A stretch of 64,000 nt of DNA from assembly GCA_963767735.1 (NCBI GenBank), contig CAVYES010000002.1:128001-192000 (forward strand). Direction: 5' to 3'. The stretch comes from Candidatus Bathyarchaeota archaeon. GTDB lineage: Archaea > Thermoproteota > Bathyarchaeia > Bathyarchaeales > Bathycorpusculaceae. Of this stretch, positions 49,671 through 59,354 are shown in pieces. The notes beneath the pieces were generated by a model, which saw nothing but the letters and a program-made list of their open reading frames with translations, had not been told where the DNA came from and made no database searches. Numbering within the stretch: the stretch's first letter is position 1; every line of letters begins with the position of its first letter. The translations under genes were made by a program, and so were the position numbers.

Positions 49671-50312
49671 TCACTTTTCGTTTAGTTCGGGTATTTGCTG
49701 TGTGAGCTTGACCCAGTTTTCGCCAGCATTCTGTTTTATAAGTGGTTTGACGTTGGCGAAAACCTGCGGCGGCATAAAAGTCATCCATCCCCGCGTAATT
49801 GTGAGTTGGTCGTTGAAGTCCAGGAGGGGAAAGAGCCATTTTGCCAGCGTGGGAAATTTTTCAGGCGGTACTTTTCTTGACATAACGCCAACGATGATGG
49901 CTTGTTCGTTCTGTGCTGTTCGCTCTCTAAGAATCGGGTACAGGTGGGCATCTTCTTTGTCGAGATGAATTCTCAGGTGTGCGTTTAGGGCTGCAGTTGC
50001 CCTAGCCGCTGCCAGTGGATCAGGCGCGTTGCGCATTGATTCCAATCCGCTAACCATGATGTCGAGCTCGTGGTGATCCATAAGGTAAGATTGCGCGACA
50101 AGAGGCGCCACCGCGTCAACCGCGGGAAAAACCGCAGCCTCCTCTCCACGAGCATGATAATCCAAAACCTCCCCCATAACATGAAACCGATCCAAAACAG
50201 GCGTTAAATCGCCGCCTCCACGGGCAATTTTAAAAGCTGAATCATCAATCTCAAAAACATCACGACGAAACGCATTATGCAACACCAGCACAATATCAAT
50301 CGGACCCGACAA
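49671..50312 (-). CDS. Hemerythrin-like domain protein
   Basis: HNAFR, HARGEE..VFP, DH, HLDKED..LYP. Confidence 0.88.
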   Translation of the reverse strand: MSGPIDIVLVLHNAFRRDVFEIDDSAFKIARGGGDLTPVLDRFHVMGEVLDYHARGEEAAVFPAVDAVAPLVAQSYLMDHHELDIMVSGLESMRNAPDPLAAARATAALNAHLRIHLDKEDAHLYPILRERTAQNEQAIIVGVMSRKVPPEKFPTLAKWLFPLLDFNDQLTITRGWMTFMPPQVFANVKPLIKQNAGENWVKLTQQIPELNEK

Positions 50313-51101
50313 AAAACCACAACCAAACCATCAAAACCACAATCATACTAATAACAATTTGCTGTCATAGCCACGCACATACAAAACTAAAAGATAGATT
50401 TTGCGATGGATATCTACGGTTGAATTCTAAGGGTCGGGTTAATTTTAGTTTAATATACCAAGTATTCTACTAGAGAATCAGGTCTTTGTGAATAGCGTCG
50501 TTGAAGTTCACTCGTAAAAGATTATGTTTGCATTTGCCGTCTTTGCAGCCATACAGCAGCAGGTTAGGATTGCTAAAGTTGGTTGTTAAAACTTCGTTTG
50601 TTGAATGCAGTTTTCCCAGTATTTAGAGCGGACTTGATTGTTTAAAACGTGCCCTCCAATAAGAGATACGCTCCAAGATTTCTCTTTAAAGGATTGAGTA
50701 ATCAACAACAACATCCAATAAAACGTTCAGTTGTGACGACCTTTGAAGCGTCGCCTTATATGGGATGAACGTTGAGCTTTAAATTAATTTGTGATTGCAA
50801 AACAGCAATAACACCATTTTCAAACAATATGCATATAGCAATCGATTGTATACAATAATTTATCTTATTCTCATTCATTAGTTTTTGTAATAGAAACTAC
50901 GCCTGAAAAAGGCAGACCTGAAAGCTAAACAATCCAGTTAAGATTTTAAAAAAAATTCGAGCTTAGAACGCAGGGTTTTGTGGAGGCGTTGGGAGTTTTG
51001 TTTTGAACTATTTATTTTGGATTCATAGGAGGCTTTCATAAGTTAGTTAAATAGCCTCAGATATCTGGTGCTGTATTGGTATGGTATCTGGAGGAAAGTT
51101 T

Positions 51102-51281
51102 ATGAAACAAATTGCAGAAAAAGATAGGAAAGAACTAGAAGCTAAGCTTGAGAATGTTTTCCAAGAAAAAATCAGTGAATTGCCGACAGAGTTGCGTGAA
51201 ATATTGCTAGATGACATGGTTACAGCCTTCGAAAACAGGTTAAATGTGTTAAACCGAGCAAACAGAAAAACAGATAATTGA
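51102..51281 (+). CDS. Small helical hypothetical protein, paralog of 38322-38549
   Basis: GGAGG RBS; LLDDMVTAFENRLNVLNRA motif. Confidence 0.75.
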   Translation: MKQIAEKDRKELEAKLENVFQEKISELPTELREILLDDMVTAFENRLNVLNRANRKTDN

Positions 51282-51368
51282 CGGCATGCATGGACGAAAT
51301 CAGTGATTAGTAATACATAAATGATTTATATTAAAAACGGGAATTTGATTAAAAAAGAGGAGTATAAA

Positions 51369-51662
51369 GTGCGTCGTTCAAAACTCGAAATGTATGTTGA
51401 CATCCTCGGCGTTCTGGCTCACAGAGGACCACTAAAACTAACACACGTTATGTACAAAGCCAACGTAAACTGCAGCGTCTTAAAAGAGTACCTTGACTTC
51501 CTCATAAAACAAGGCCTCGTCGAAGAACGCACCGCAGGAAAACAACGCGTAGTCTACGCCGTAACACAACGCGGCATAACAGTACTAAAATACTTCAAAG
51601 AACTAAAACAAGTCCTACCCATAGTCGAAGAAGCACGAAACCAAACCCCAATCCCCTACTAA
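51369..51662 (+). CDS. Winged-HTH transcriptional regulator (archaeal RRSKLE type)
   Basis: RRSKLEMYVDIL, THVMYKANVN, YL.FL...GL, Y.VT.RG. Confidence 0.88.
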   Translation: MRRSKLEMYVDILGVLAHRGPLKLTHVMYKANVNCSVLKEYLDFLIKQGLVEERTAGKQRVVYAVTQRGITVLKYFKELKQVLPIVEEARNQTPIPY

Positions 51663-51935
51663 ATCCAAACCCCCATTTTCATTAAACCAAAACATTTTAC
51701 ACAAACCACAAACATTCCCAACAACTAAATTTTCAACAAACAAAAAGATAAAAACTCAATTAAACATTCTACACAGACCACACGCTGCATAATACTCAAC
51801 CCAATTTATCAAAAATTGACGTTGACAAAATAATGTAGTTATTTGAAATAAATACTGCAGTTTCGCAAGTCTTAATAAATGAATTGTGGGATTAAACTGT
51901 CAACTGTATGTGTGCAGACATGTCTGGAGGGATTT

Positions 51936-52319
51936 GTGATTAAAGATGAGATGTTGGCTAAAAAGCCGATTACTGTGCTTGAGAAAATTGAGGAAAGTCT
52001 TGAGAGGCTGAATCAGAAGATGGAGGTAATTATTGAGATTCAGAAGAATGGCAATGACAGTCAAAGGTCAGCTATTACTTTGCCGGATGCTTCTTTGGAT
52101 GTTATGACGCTTCTTTCTATGCCCGATCACTTGCGGAAGACGGCTATGGCGATTTGCAGGTGTGACCGGGCAACTGCGGAAGAAATTGCTGGGCAGACAA
52201 GTCGAGCTAGAGCTGTTGAAAGTGCTTATCTTAATCAGCTTGTGATTATGGGTTATCTTAAGAAGACGCGGAAGGGAAGAAAAGCCTATTTTTACGTTGA
52301 TAGGGAGACGCAGGGTTGA
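51936..52319 (+). CDS. Coiled-coil plus winged-HTH DNA-binding protein
   Basis: N-terminal heptads; PDHLRKTA..ATAEEIA..T.RARAVES.YLNQL...G....RKGRK.YF; GGAGG RBS before GTG at 51936. Confidence 0.8.
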   Translation: MIKDEMLAKKPITVLEKIEESLERLNQKMEVIIEIQKNGNDSQRSAITLPDASLDVMTLLSMPDHLRKTAMAICRCDRATAEEIAGQTSRARAVESAYLNQLVIMGYLKKTRKGRKAYFYVDRETQG

Positions 52320-53111
52320 GTGCTATGAGCAAAATAATCGCTGTACATTCATATAAAGGCGGAACGGGAAAAACGCTTCTTTCAGTAAACTTAGCAGCTA
52401 CTTTTGCTAAAAACGGTAAGAACGTTTGCCTCTTTGATCTTGATTTCAGGGCGCCGAGCTTGTTCTCGATTTTGAAAGTTGAAAAGGTCGAATACTTTTT
52501 TAACGATTACTTAAACGACAGCTCTGACGCTAAACAGGTTCTTGTAGATTTAAGCAACAGGATTCCTGGAGGCGGCAAGTTATTCGCTGGCTTAGCGAAC
52601 CCTGCGACTGAAGCAATAAGGGACATGTCTGCAAAAGATAGAAAATGGGAAATGCGTGCGCTGGGCAGGCTGCTTGCACTTAAGAAAACACTACTTGAGG
52701 ATCAAAAGTTTGATTACTTGATTTTTGATACAAGCCCTGGGCTTCAATATTCCTCTATAAACGCCATCGTCGCCGCGGACTTCGTGGTTGTGGCAACAAC
52801 TGGTGACCGCTCGGATGTGGACGGAACGAAACGAATGCTGCAGGAGCTCTATAACTTGTTTGAGAAGAAAACGGGACTGGTGCTAAACAAAGTGCTTAGA
52901 TTCAACGGCCACTGCAACAGCTAAGAGAAACGAAATGAGCGAAAAAATAAAAACAGTTTATCATGTTCCAATGCTTGGGATCGTGCCTTGCTTCTGCGAA
53001 ATCCTACGAGCCGAAGGCAACTTGATATTTGTCCAAGACAAACCCGACCACCCCTTCACTAAGATACTTGCAGAAATGGCGAGAAAAATAGAAAACAACG
53101 AAGTAAACTAG
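52316..53111 (+). CDS. MinD/ParA-family ATPase, frameshifted near 52897
   Basis: Deviant Walker A KGGTGKT, DLD, FDTSPG, LNK; C-terminus ..LGIVPCFCEIL....P.HPF continues in another frame to TAG at 53111. Confidence 0.85.
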
Positions 53112-53229
53112 TCAATTTCTCCCTTCTTTCTTAGGTTCCGAAATTTATTCAAGATTGTTTGTTAATTGATTGTATGCTTTTCAAAATAAACTTAATTCTT
53201 AGTAAAGGAGGAAAAGGTTTATGGAAAAA

Positions 53230-53487
53230 TTAGGCTTTGCCAAACCACTTCTCAAACCATTCTTGGAATGTTGAGTGGCATTCTTTGCGCCAAGCCGCTT
53301 CTCCAGGGTCTTCCTTCATACAGCCAGCGAGCTCCAGCCGATGAGCGATTTCCTCTTTTGCTTCTTCCAGCAATGCTTCAACGTCATCAAGCATATCATT
53401 ACCGCCATCAGAATAATCTTTCACGGAAGCTTTCAAAAAAGCTCTTTTTTGCTTAATTAGTTGCTCAAGTTTACCTTCAGCCGTCAT
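53230..53487 (-). CDS. Hypothetical protein immediately downstream of tRNA-Gly
   Basis: 85-aa helical ORF ending WFEKWFG; no recognised motif. Confidence 0.5.
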   Translation of the reverse strand: MTAEGKLEQLIKQKRAFLKASVKDYSDGGNDMLDDVEALLEEAKEEIAHRLELAGCMKEDPGEAAWRKECHSTFQEWFEKWFGKA

Positions 53488-53622
53488 ATTTTATCATCAT
53501 CTTACTATTGGTTAAAGACTGCCATCTTTAAAATTGTGTCTGTTTTTAAGAGTTAGCGGTTTTTTCGGACAAAATTATTTGAACATTGAACATGAGCTGA
53601 ACGCTTGCTTTATGTGGAATTT

Positions 53623-53728
53623 TGGTGCGGTCGCCGAGATTTGAACCCGGGTCGTCAGCGTGGCAGGCTTACACACCATGAAACTGCTCGACGGTTTGAT
53701 GTCCTAGACCAAACTAGACTACGACCGC
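53623..53728 (-). tRNA. tRNA-Gly(GCC) with encoded CCA and a 28-nt intron at position 29/30 (53669-53696)
   Basis: Acceptor GCGGTCG/CGACCGC; T-arm CCGGG-TTCAAAT-CTCGG; spliced anticodon arm TCAGC-CTGCCAC-GCTGA; BHB motif at the junctions. Confidence 0.93.
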
Positions 53729-53929
53729 ATATACGTGGATTTTTGTGGTCTAGCGATCAGTGTCGATGGTAATGTCGGCTTTTGGTCGGCGCCAGAATTG
53801 ATAGTCGAGAATTGGCATTATTTTGCCTTTCGGTTAATTAGTAATGCCCAATAATGGTTGATGCTGTCTGGGCTGCTCTCCATCGACATGGCGCGGGTTG
53901 TCCAGCAACTATCCGATTTAGCCAAACAG

Positions 53930-54205
53930 TGAAAGCGGTGAACGGCAGGGGAATCCCGCTTGGGCTTTCAGAGGAGGAAGTCGCCTTCTACGACGTCTTA
54001 GCAGACAACGAAAGCGCAAAACAGATGCTATGCGACAAAGTCCTAAGGCAGATGGCACGCGAACTCGTCGATATGATACGAAACAACGTAACCATCGACT
54101 GGACAATCCGCGACAACGTCCAGGCACATCTGCGAGTCATGGTCAAAAAACTGCTTAAAAGATTCAAGTACCCGCCCGACAAACAGGCAAAAGCCACCCA
54201 AACAA
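53930..54205 (+). pseudogene. hsdR: C-terminal fragment of a type I restriction enzyme R subunit (DUF3387-like)
   Basis: LGLSEEEVAFYDVLA.N...ELV..IRNNVTIDW..R..V.A.LR..VK.LL....YPPD.Q..A. Confidence 0.8.
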
Positions 54206-54365
54206 TACCCTTGAATTGCGAAAGAAAATTCCCGATGCTCTTGACGTTGTAAGGCGATGTAGGCAAAAAATCTTGGATGGAGAAGTACCTATTGAAGATT
54301 TGATTATCTCTAAGCGAATGTCAAGAAATCCCTAGCGATACAATCAACATGTTAGCCAGGTTATT
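54204..54365 (+). pseudogene. Fragment resembling the PolB2 thumb region, with an internal TAG
   Basis: ELRKKIPDALDVVRRCRQKILDGEVPIEDLIISKRMSRNP*RYNQHVSQ, in frame with the downstream DUF72 fragment. Confidence 0.55.
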
Positions 54366-54683
54366 GTGGACGAGCCGTTGCTTCCGCCTGAGGTGCATTT
54401 GACAGCTGATTTTGCCTATTTCAGGTGGCATGGCAAAGGAGAAGACATTTGGTTTGATTACAGGTACAGTAAAAAAGAGTTGGAACCTTGGGTAAACAAA
54501 GTCGAAGAGACAGCCGGTAAAGTCAAGAAAGTTTACGGCTACTTCAACAACCATTATCACGGTTACGCTCCAGAAAACTGCCTACAACTTATTGAGCGTC
54601 TTGGACTTTTGTCTGAAGAGCAAAAGAAAAGTAAGGCAAGAAGTACTGTTAAACAAGCTCAGCTAGGCACCTTTTTCGGGTAA
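54366..54683 (+). pseudogene. C-terminal fragment of a DUF72 (YecE) protein
   Basis: TADFAYFRWHG, YRYS..EL..W, GYFNNHYHG.APEN. Confidence 0.8.
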
Positions 54684-54925
54684 GCGCGCTGGTTAGTCCA
54701 GATATTATGTATCTGAGTAGTTTGGGGAAAGCGTGGGCTAGTTAAGTAATGCAGACTTTGTTTTCCGAAAAGAGAGTAGCTTTCGAAGTTAGGGTATTAC
54801 CAGTCTGGGTGCCTCTGTATGTACTGTTGTTGTGTGGAACACTTGTGCACAAAACTGATTTACGCTGCTTGTTTATTAATATCGCATGAATTACTATTTA
54901 ATATAATTGAGTGTGAGGGTTAAAT

Positions 54926-55735
54926 TTGAGTGAATTGGCATATACAAATGAAATAGTCATCTCCGCAATAGTTCCAGTTTCAAAAGAAAATATTGCTCCA
55001 AGAAGAACAATAGTTTACCAGACCCTTATAGATCCCTCCGTAGCCAGAATTGCAGGTGAAAAAAACAAACACAAGTTATTCAACAAGTTCCTATTCAGGC
55101 TTAACAATCCATCAGAAATAGATTTTGTTTCAACAGAAAAATATTACGAACCATACTTAACAGTTAGTGGAAAATATTCAATTGATTATTACCGCAAGTG
55201 CAGTTACACAGTAAAAGTAGACAAAGACATTACAGAAGTCATTCTTTTCAACCACACATTCATACCTGGGGAAGGTTCGTATTCAACTAAAAGCGAACAT
55301 CGCGTCAAACTTGAAGGAGAAGAACGATTAATTAGAAACTCGGAGGCTTTCCTTTTCCTAAACGGAACCGGCGAAGAATCAAAGCTCAGTGAATTTCCTT
55401 CCGCCCCTTGCGAAAAAAATTCTCAAGAACTAGTTGAATCGTTTAAAATGCGCGAGATAGCGCCAAACATGGATGTGGAGGCTATCCGCAAAAGAATAGT
55501 ACAGCGCCCAACTGACATACAAAGAATTGTGAATGAATCGCTAGAAATTGATGAACGTTCCGTAATATACAGGCCAATATACAAGGTTACTTACAAGTGC
55601 CCCAGAATAGGCAAAGAAGTCTATTTGGAAGTTGACGGAATTACTTCAAAAATAATCCGACAAAAACAAAATATTCTATCAGCAGCATTAAGAGCTGTAG
55701 TGACGGATCTAAAAAAACTTTTTACCATTAAATAA
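54926..55735 (+). CDS. Hypothetical protein
   Basis: 269-aa intact ORF with KYYEPY..VSGKY.IDY and IYRPIY repeats-like motifs. Confidence 0.7.
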   Translation: MSELAYTNEIVISAIVPVSKENIAPRRTIVYQTLIDPSVARIAGEKNKHKLFNKFLFRLNNPSEIDFVSTEKYYEPYLTVSGKYSIDYYRKCSYTVKVDKDITEVILFNHTFIPGEGSYSTKSEHRVKLEGEERLIRNSEAFLFLNGTGEESKLSEFPSAPCEKNSQELVESFKMREIAPNMDVEAIRKRIVQRPTDIQRIVNESLEIDERSVIYRPIYKVTYKCPRIGKEVYLEVDGITSKIIRQKQNILSAALRAVVTDLKKLFTIK

Positions 55736-56216
55736 GTTGGATAAAAATATCAACATTGGTTCGTCAGTTAGTTCGTAAGCTGGTTGGTCTGGTCGGTGGA
55801 TTAAAATTTAATCTGTCGCCATAACATATCGCAGGGAAACGGTTATGCGGTTTCGGCTAAGGCTGTTGCGTATTTCATTGTTTATCCTTGTGTCTCCTCT
55901 GCCTCTGCTTGCGTGACCCAAACGAGCTATCTTCAGTTTTTGAGGTTGCCGCGGATTATCTGAGGATTGCTTTTTGGTTATGTCAATTATGCCCTATTGA
56001 TGCTGCTGAACTGAAGTGCATCTGTAGAGGAATCGGTGATTTTCCCCATTCTCTTATCAGTTGCCAACCAACGTTTACTGCTTGAGTTCCTTTTCGTCAG
56101 TGTAAAGCCATCTGCTAATGAATTTCGGCAAACTGCCAAAGTAGATCTTAGAGAGCTGAACATATTTCCAGAAGGCTGATAATGCTTGAAAAAGGTTTGA
56201 ACTGGAATAATGACAG

Positions 56217-56290
56217 TGCGGGAACCGGGATTTGAACCCGAGTCCTAGACTTGGCAAGCCTATGTACTAACCAAGCTGTACTATTCCCGC
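56217..56290 (-). tRNA. Second tRNA-Gly(GCC), intronless, CCA not encoded
   Basis: GCGGGAA/TTCCCGC acceptor with A73; D-arm GTAC/GTAC; anticodon arm TAGGC-TTGCCAA-GTCTA; T-arm TCGGG-TTCAAAT-CCCGG. Confidence 0.88.
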
Positions 56291-56644
56291 ATGTAGAGGT
56301 ATAACGCAACAGTCTAAACACTTCCTAATAAACTATAGTTCTGTTTTTGCGCCGGGATGAACCAAACTCGTTGTTATACCTATGCAGCCGGATGCTCGCT
56401 TGGCAATAAATCTGCTAATAGCGTTAATAACTTCAACAAGGCGCTTTGCCTTTCTCTTGGTATTGGATTTTTGGAAAATGTATCCTTGGAAATGATGGAG
56501 ATAAAAACTTGAAAGAGAGGGTGCACGAGAGGAAATTAAAATAAACCATTCGAATTAGCAACAAACTGGGTGCGAATACTTAGCTGGATAGGTAATTTAA
56601 TTATGATAACGCGCTATTGGAGAAGACCGAAAGGTGACTGTTTG

Positions 56645-57229
56645 ATGGCTACTTCCCTTGCTTATGGAAAAAAGGTTTGCAGTTTGGCATTGACCTTCAA
56701 TTCTCTTCTCACCATTGTTTCGGTGTTGGGCGTTTTGGAGGGCTTCTATTCGGCAAGGTATCACTTGGAAACCTTATCCGCCGTATCTTATTGACGGCTC
56801 CTTGTTTTGGTTTGCGGTTTTGGCTGCAATGTTCAACATTTATTTTGTCGTGAGGCTTGGCAGGGTGAAAACAGGAAGATTGTGGTTTCATCATTATGTT
56901 TGGGGTTTGCCCTGTTTGCCTTAGCGTGTGTCTTGCTTTTGTTGTTTGGCTCCATTTCTTTTTTTGGCATATTTGTTGGTAACGGATATAGCATTTTTGT
57001 TAATGCTGGGCGTTTCTTTGCTTTGGGTGGTTTAACTTTGTTTATAGACGATTTTGCTGATGTTTCGAAGAGATTGACGTTTGTTCTGAGGTTTGTTCGC
57101 TCGAAGGTTTATAGAATTCGCGGATCGATTCGCATTGTTCAAGGCGTTTTAGGTTTTATGTCCCTGTACATTTTTTTGTCCGTTATCTTCTCGACTTCAC
57201 TGAGGCAGGGAAGTAACTCAAATAGGTAA
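56645..57229 (+). pseudogene. Membrane protein split by at least two frameshifts
   Basis: Three overlapping ORFs assemble into MATSL..ALTFN / WKPY.PYL..G...TGRLWFHHYVWG / FAL...GRFF.LGGLTLFIDD. Confidence 0.6.
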
Positions 57230-57425
57230 TTTTGTTTTAGCTGTAACGTTGTTGGTGACGAGTATCTCTTCTCTGGAAAGTGTTTACAGAAAAACGGGGT
57301 TGCGTTCATCGTAGGCAAAAGTAATATTTTTGCTATAAAGGTGATTATTGTAGGTTTAAAAGTCTGTTGGGATGGAATCCCTGTGTTTCTTAGGGAAAGA
57401 GGGTTAAAATTTGAGGAAACATGAG

Positions 57426-58007
57426 TCACGGAATGTTGGGCGGCGAATAACTGCGCCAGTTATCTGGAGATTGGTATCGTACCATTGGAGTATTATCAAG
57501 GTCTTTTTCTATTGGTTTAGCAAGCTCCTTTAACGTTTCCAGAATTTCAACGTGGTGATTTTCGTCGTTTATTATGCTTTCAAAAATACTTCTAACGTTA
57601 TCTAAACTTATGTTGTAGCGCTCATTAATTTCTTTAGTCAGGTGTTTCATTGTTTGCATTTGCACAAGAATGTAGTATTCTTCACCAAGTTCGCTTTCCA
57701 AAGGTATTAGTTTTTCATATAACTCTGGGAGGGAGAGTTCGCCCACTTTTCTATTTTTTGCCTCGTCGAGATAATTGGTAACAGTTAACCATATTTGTCC
57801 GAGGTTCTCCGCGCAGTCTTTAGATTTCACCTCTGAATTTGCGATGCTGCTGCCAATGCCTTTGAGAAGTGTTGAATGTTTTAAGCTATCTTGAGCTATA
57901 CTCATCGAGATTTTGCGATGGGCGTATCAGTTCTCTCAGAAAGACTTCCGTACAAAAGAAATGCATTGTATTCCAGCATGCTCAAACATCCAATGTAAAC
58001 GGCCATT
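57426..58007 (-). pseudogene. Ferritin/rubrerythrin-like protein with a frameshift near 57907
   Basis: IAQDS.KH, LE..LGEEY, I.NDE..H motifs; N-terminal MAVYIGCLSMLEYNAFLLY lies in another frame. Confidence 0.65.
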
Positions 58008-58175
58008 GTTTTAGAATCATTCATTTTAGGGATTCTATCATTCCTCGATTTCGTTCACAGCTTACGTTTTATAAAGAACTTATGAATTTGTGATCAACGA
58101 AGATATTCATAATTAAATTTAAAAAAATCATCATATTGAGAAAAAACTCATGCACAGTTGAAAGGGTTTGGTAGT

Positions 58176-59198
58176 TTAAGCACTTGACCTTAACCAGCCT
58201 CTTCGTTTGAAAACCAGCGTAAGGGTCAATGCCACCGCAATCATTATTGCAAGCATAACGTAGAAGCCGTAAGGGTTGGTTGTTCCTGGGATAAATCCTG
58301 ATTTGAAGCTTGTTCCGTAAATTCCAGCTATCAAACTTAATGGAAGAAAAATGGCTGAAATTATCGTGAGAACTCTAATTACATTATTAGTTGTTACTGT
58401 TTGAGCATTGACCAAGATATCGCGGATGTTACTCATTTCTTCACGGTGTGCATCAACAACCTCCACCAACTGGATAGTTCGGTCATAGAGATCTCCGAAA
58501 CGGGGAAGATTAACCCCTTGCACCAGCGCAAATTCTCCCCTTGTTATCCTTCCCATAATCTCGCGAAGCGGACTCAAACTCTGCCTAAGAGACACCAGCC
58601 GCTCTCTTACCTTAACAAGTTCCACACCAAAACTGCTTCCTGCAAGCCTTGACCCTTGTCTGAAAAATCCCAAGGCTTCCAGATTCAACGCATTGATTTT
58701 TTCGAATACCGCATCTGAAACCGGGTAATATTCACTGGTGACCAAATCGAGAAAAATATATAACATAATGTCGGTTGAGGGAACAAGTGAAAGCGAGAAA
58801 TAGCCATGCGTGCCAATTTTTTTGTAAACCTCACAAGTCAAATCTGAATAACCCTTATGCAATGTTAGTATCCATCTTGAACAAACAAGCATCGCTAGGC
58901 GTTCCATTTTCCCTTCAGAAACAAAATTTTCCCGATTTGGAAAATTTAGAAGACAAAACATTCGGTCTTCATGCTCATCAATCCGAGAACGTACCCCTTC
59001 TTGAGTAAGCTCTTGAAGGTTGTGTTGATCTATGCTAAAATAATCCGCTATCTCTTTCATCTCAGAATCGGTTGGATCTTGGGCATCTACCCATAGAACT
59101 TCATTATTATTAATTTCGTCGGGCAAAACATCTAAATTTCCAGATTGCCATCGACCTTCTTCATGTTGCTTAAGCAAAGTAATGGTTAGCAGCCGCAT
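58176..59198 (-). CDS. corA: CorA/ZntB-family divalent cation transporter
   Basis: WVD..DPT, NNVIRVLTIIS.IFLP..LIAGIYG, two C-terminal TM helices; GMN motif reads GTS. Confidence 0.9.
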   Translation of the reverse strand: MRLLTITLLKQHEEGRWQSGNLDVLPDEINNNEVLWVDAQDPTDSEMKEIADYFSIDQHNLQELTQEGVRSRIDEHEDRMFCLLNFPNRENFVSEGKMERLAMLVCSRWILTLHKGYSDLTCEVYKKIGTHGYFSLSLVPSTDIMLYIFLDLVTSEYYPVSDAVFEKINALNLEALGFFRQGSRLAGSSFGVELVKVRERLVSLRQSLSPLREIMGRITRGEFALVQGVNLPRFGDLYDRTIQLVEVVDAHREEMSNIRDILVNAQTVTTNNVIRVLTIISAIFLPLSLIAGIYGTSFKSGFIPGTTNPYGFYVMLAIMIAVALTLTLVFKRRGWLRSSA

Positions 59199-59354
59199 TC
59201 ACCGAGAAACTAATGAGAATGCCTCCTTGTAAATCTAACCATCTCTTGTTGAGAAGAACAAATTCAACGGGCATTTTCAATGGCTCTTGCTAATTTGTTA
59301 AATGCCTATCAGAAGCTTTTTATTGTTAATCTTAAAGAACAGTTATGACCAGTT

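Noticed and set aside
55860-56200. Possible gene remnant (AVCRNSLADG..., DUF932-like) downstream of the second tRNA
   Set aside because: Too short and interrupted to support an assignment
53623-56290. The two tRNA-Gly genes as attL/attR of an intact integrated element
   Set aside because: Their 3' halves differ at several positions, both are full-length, and no integrase is present
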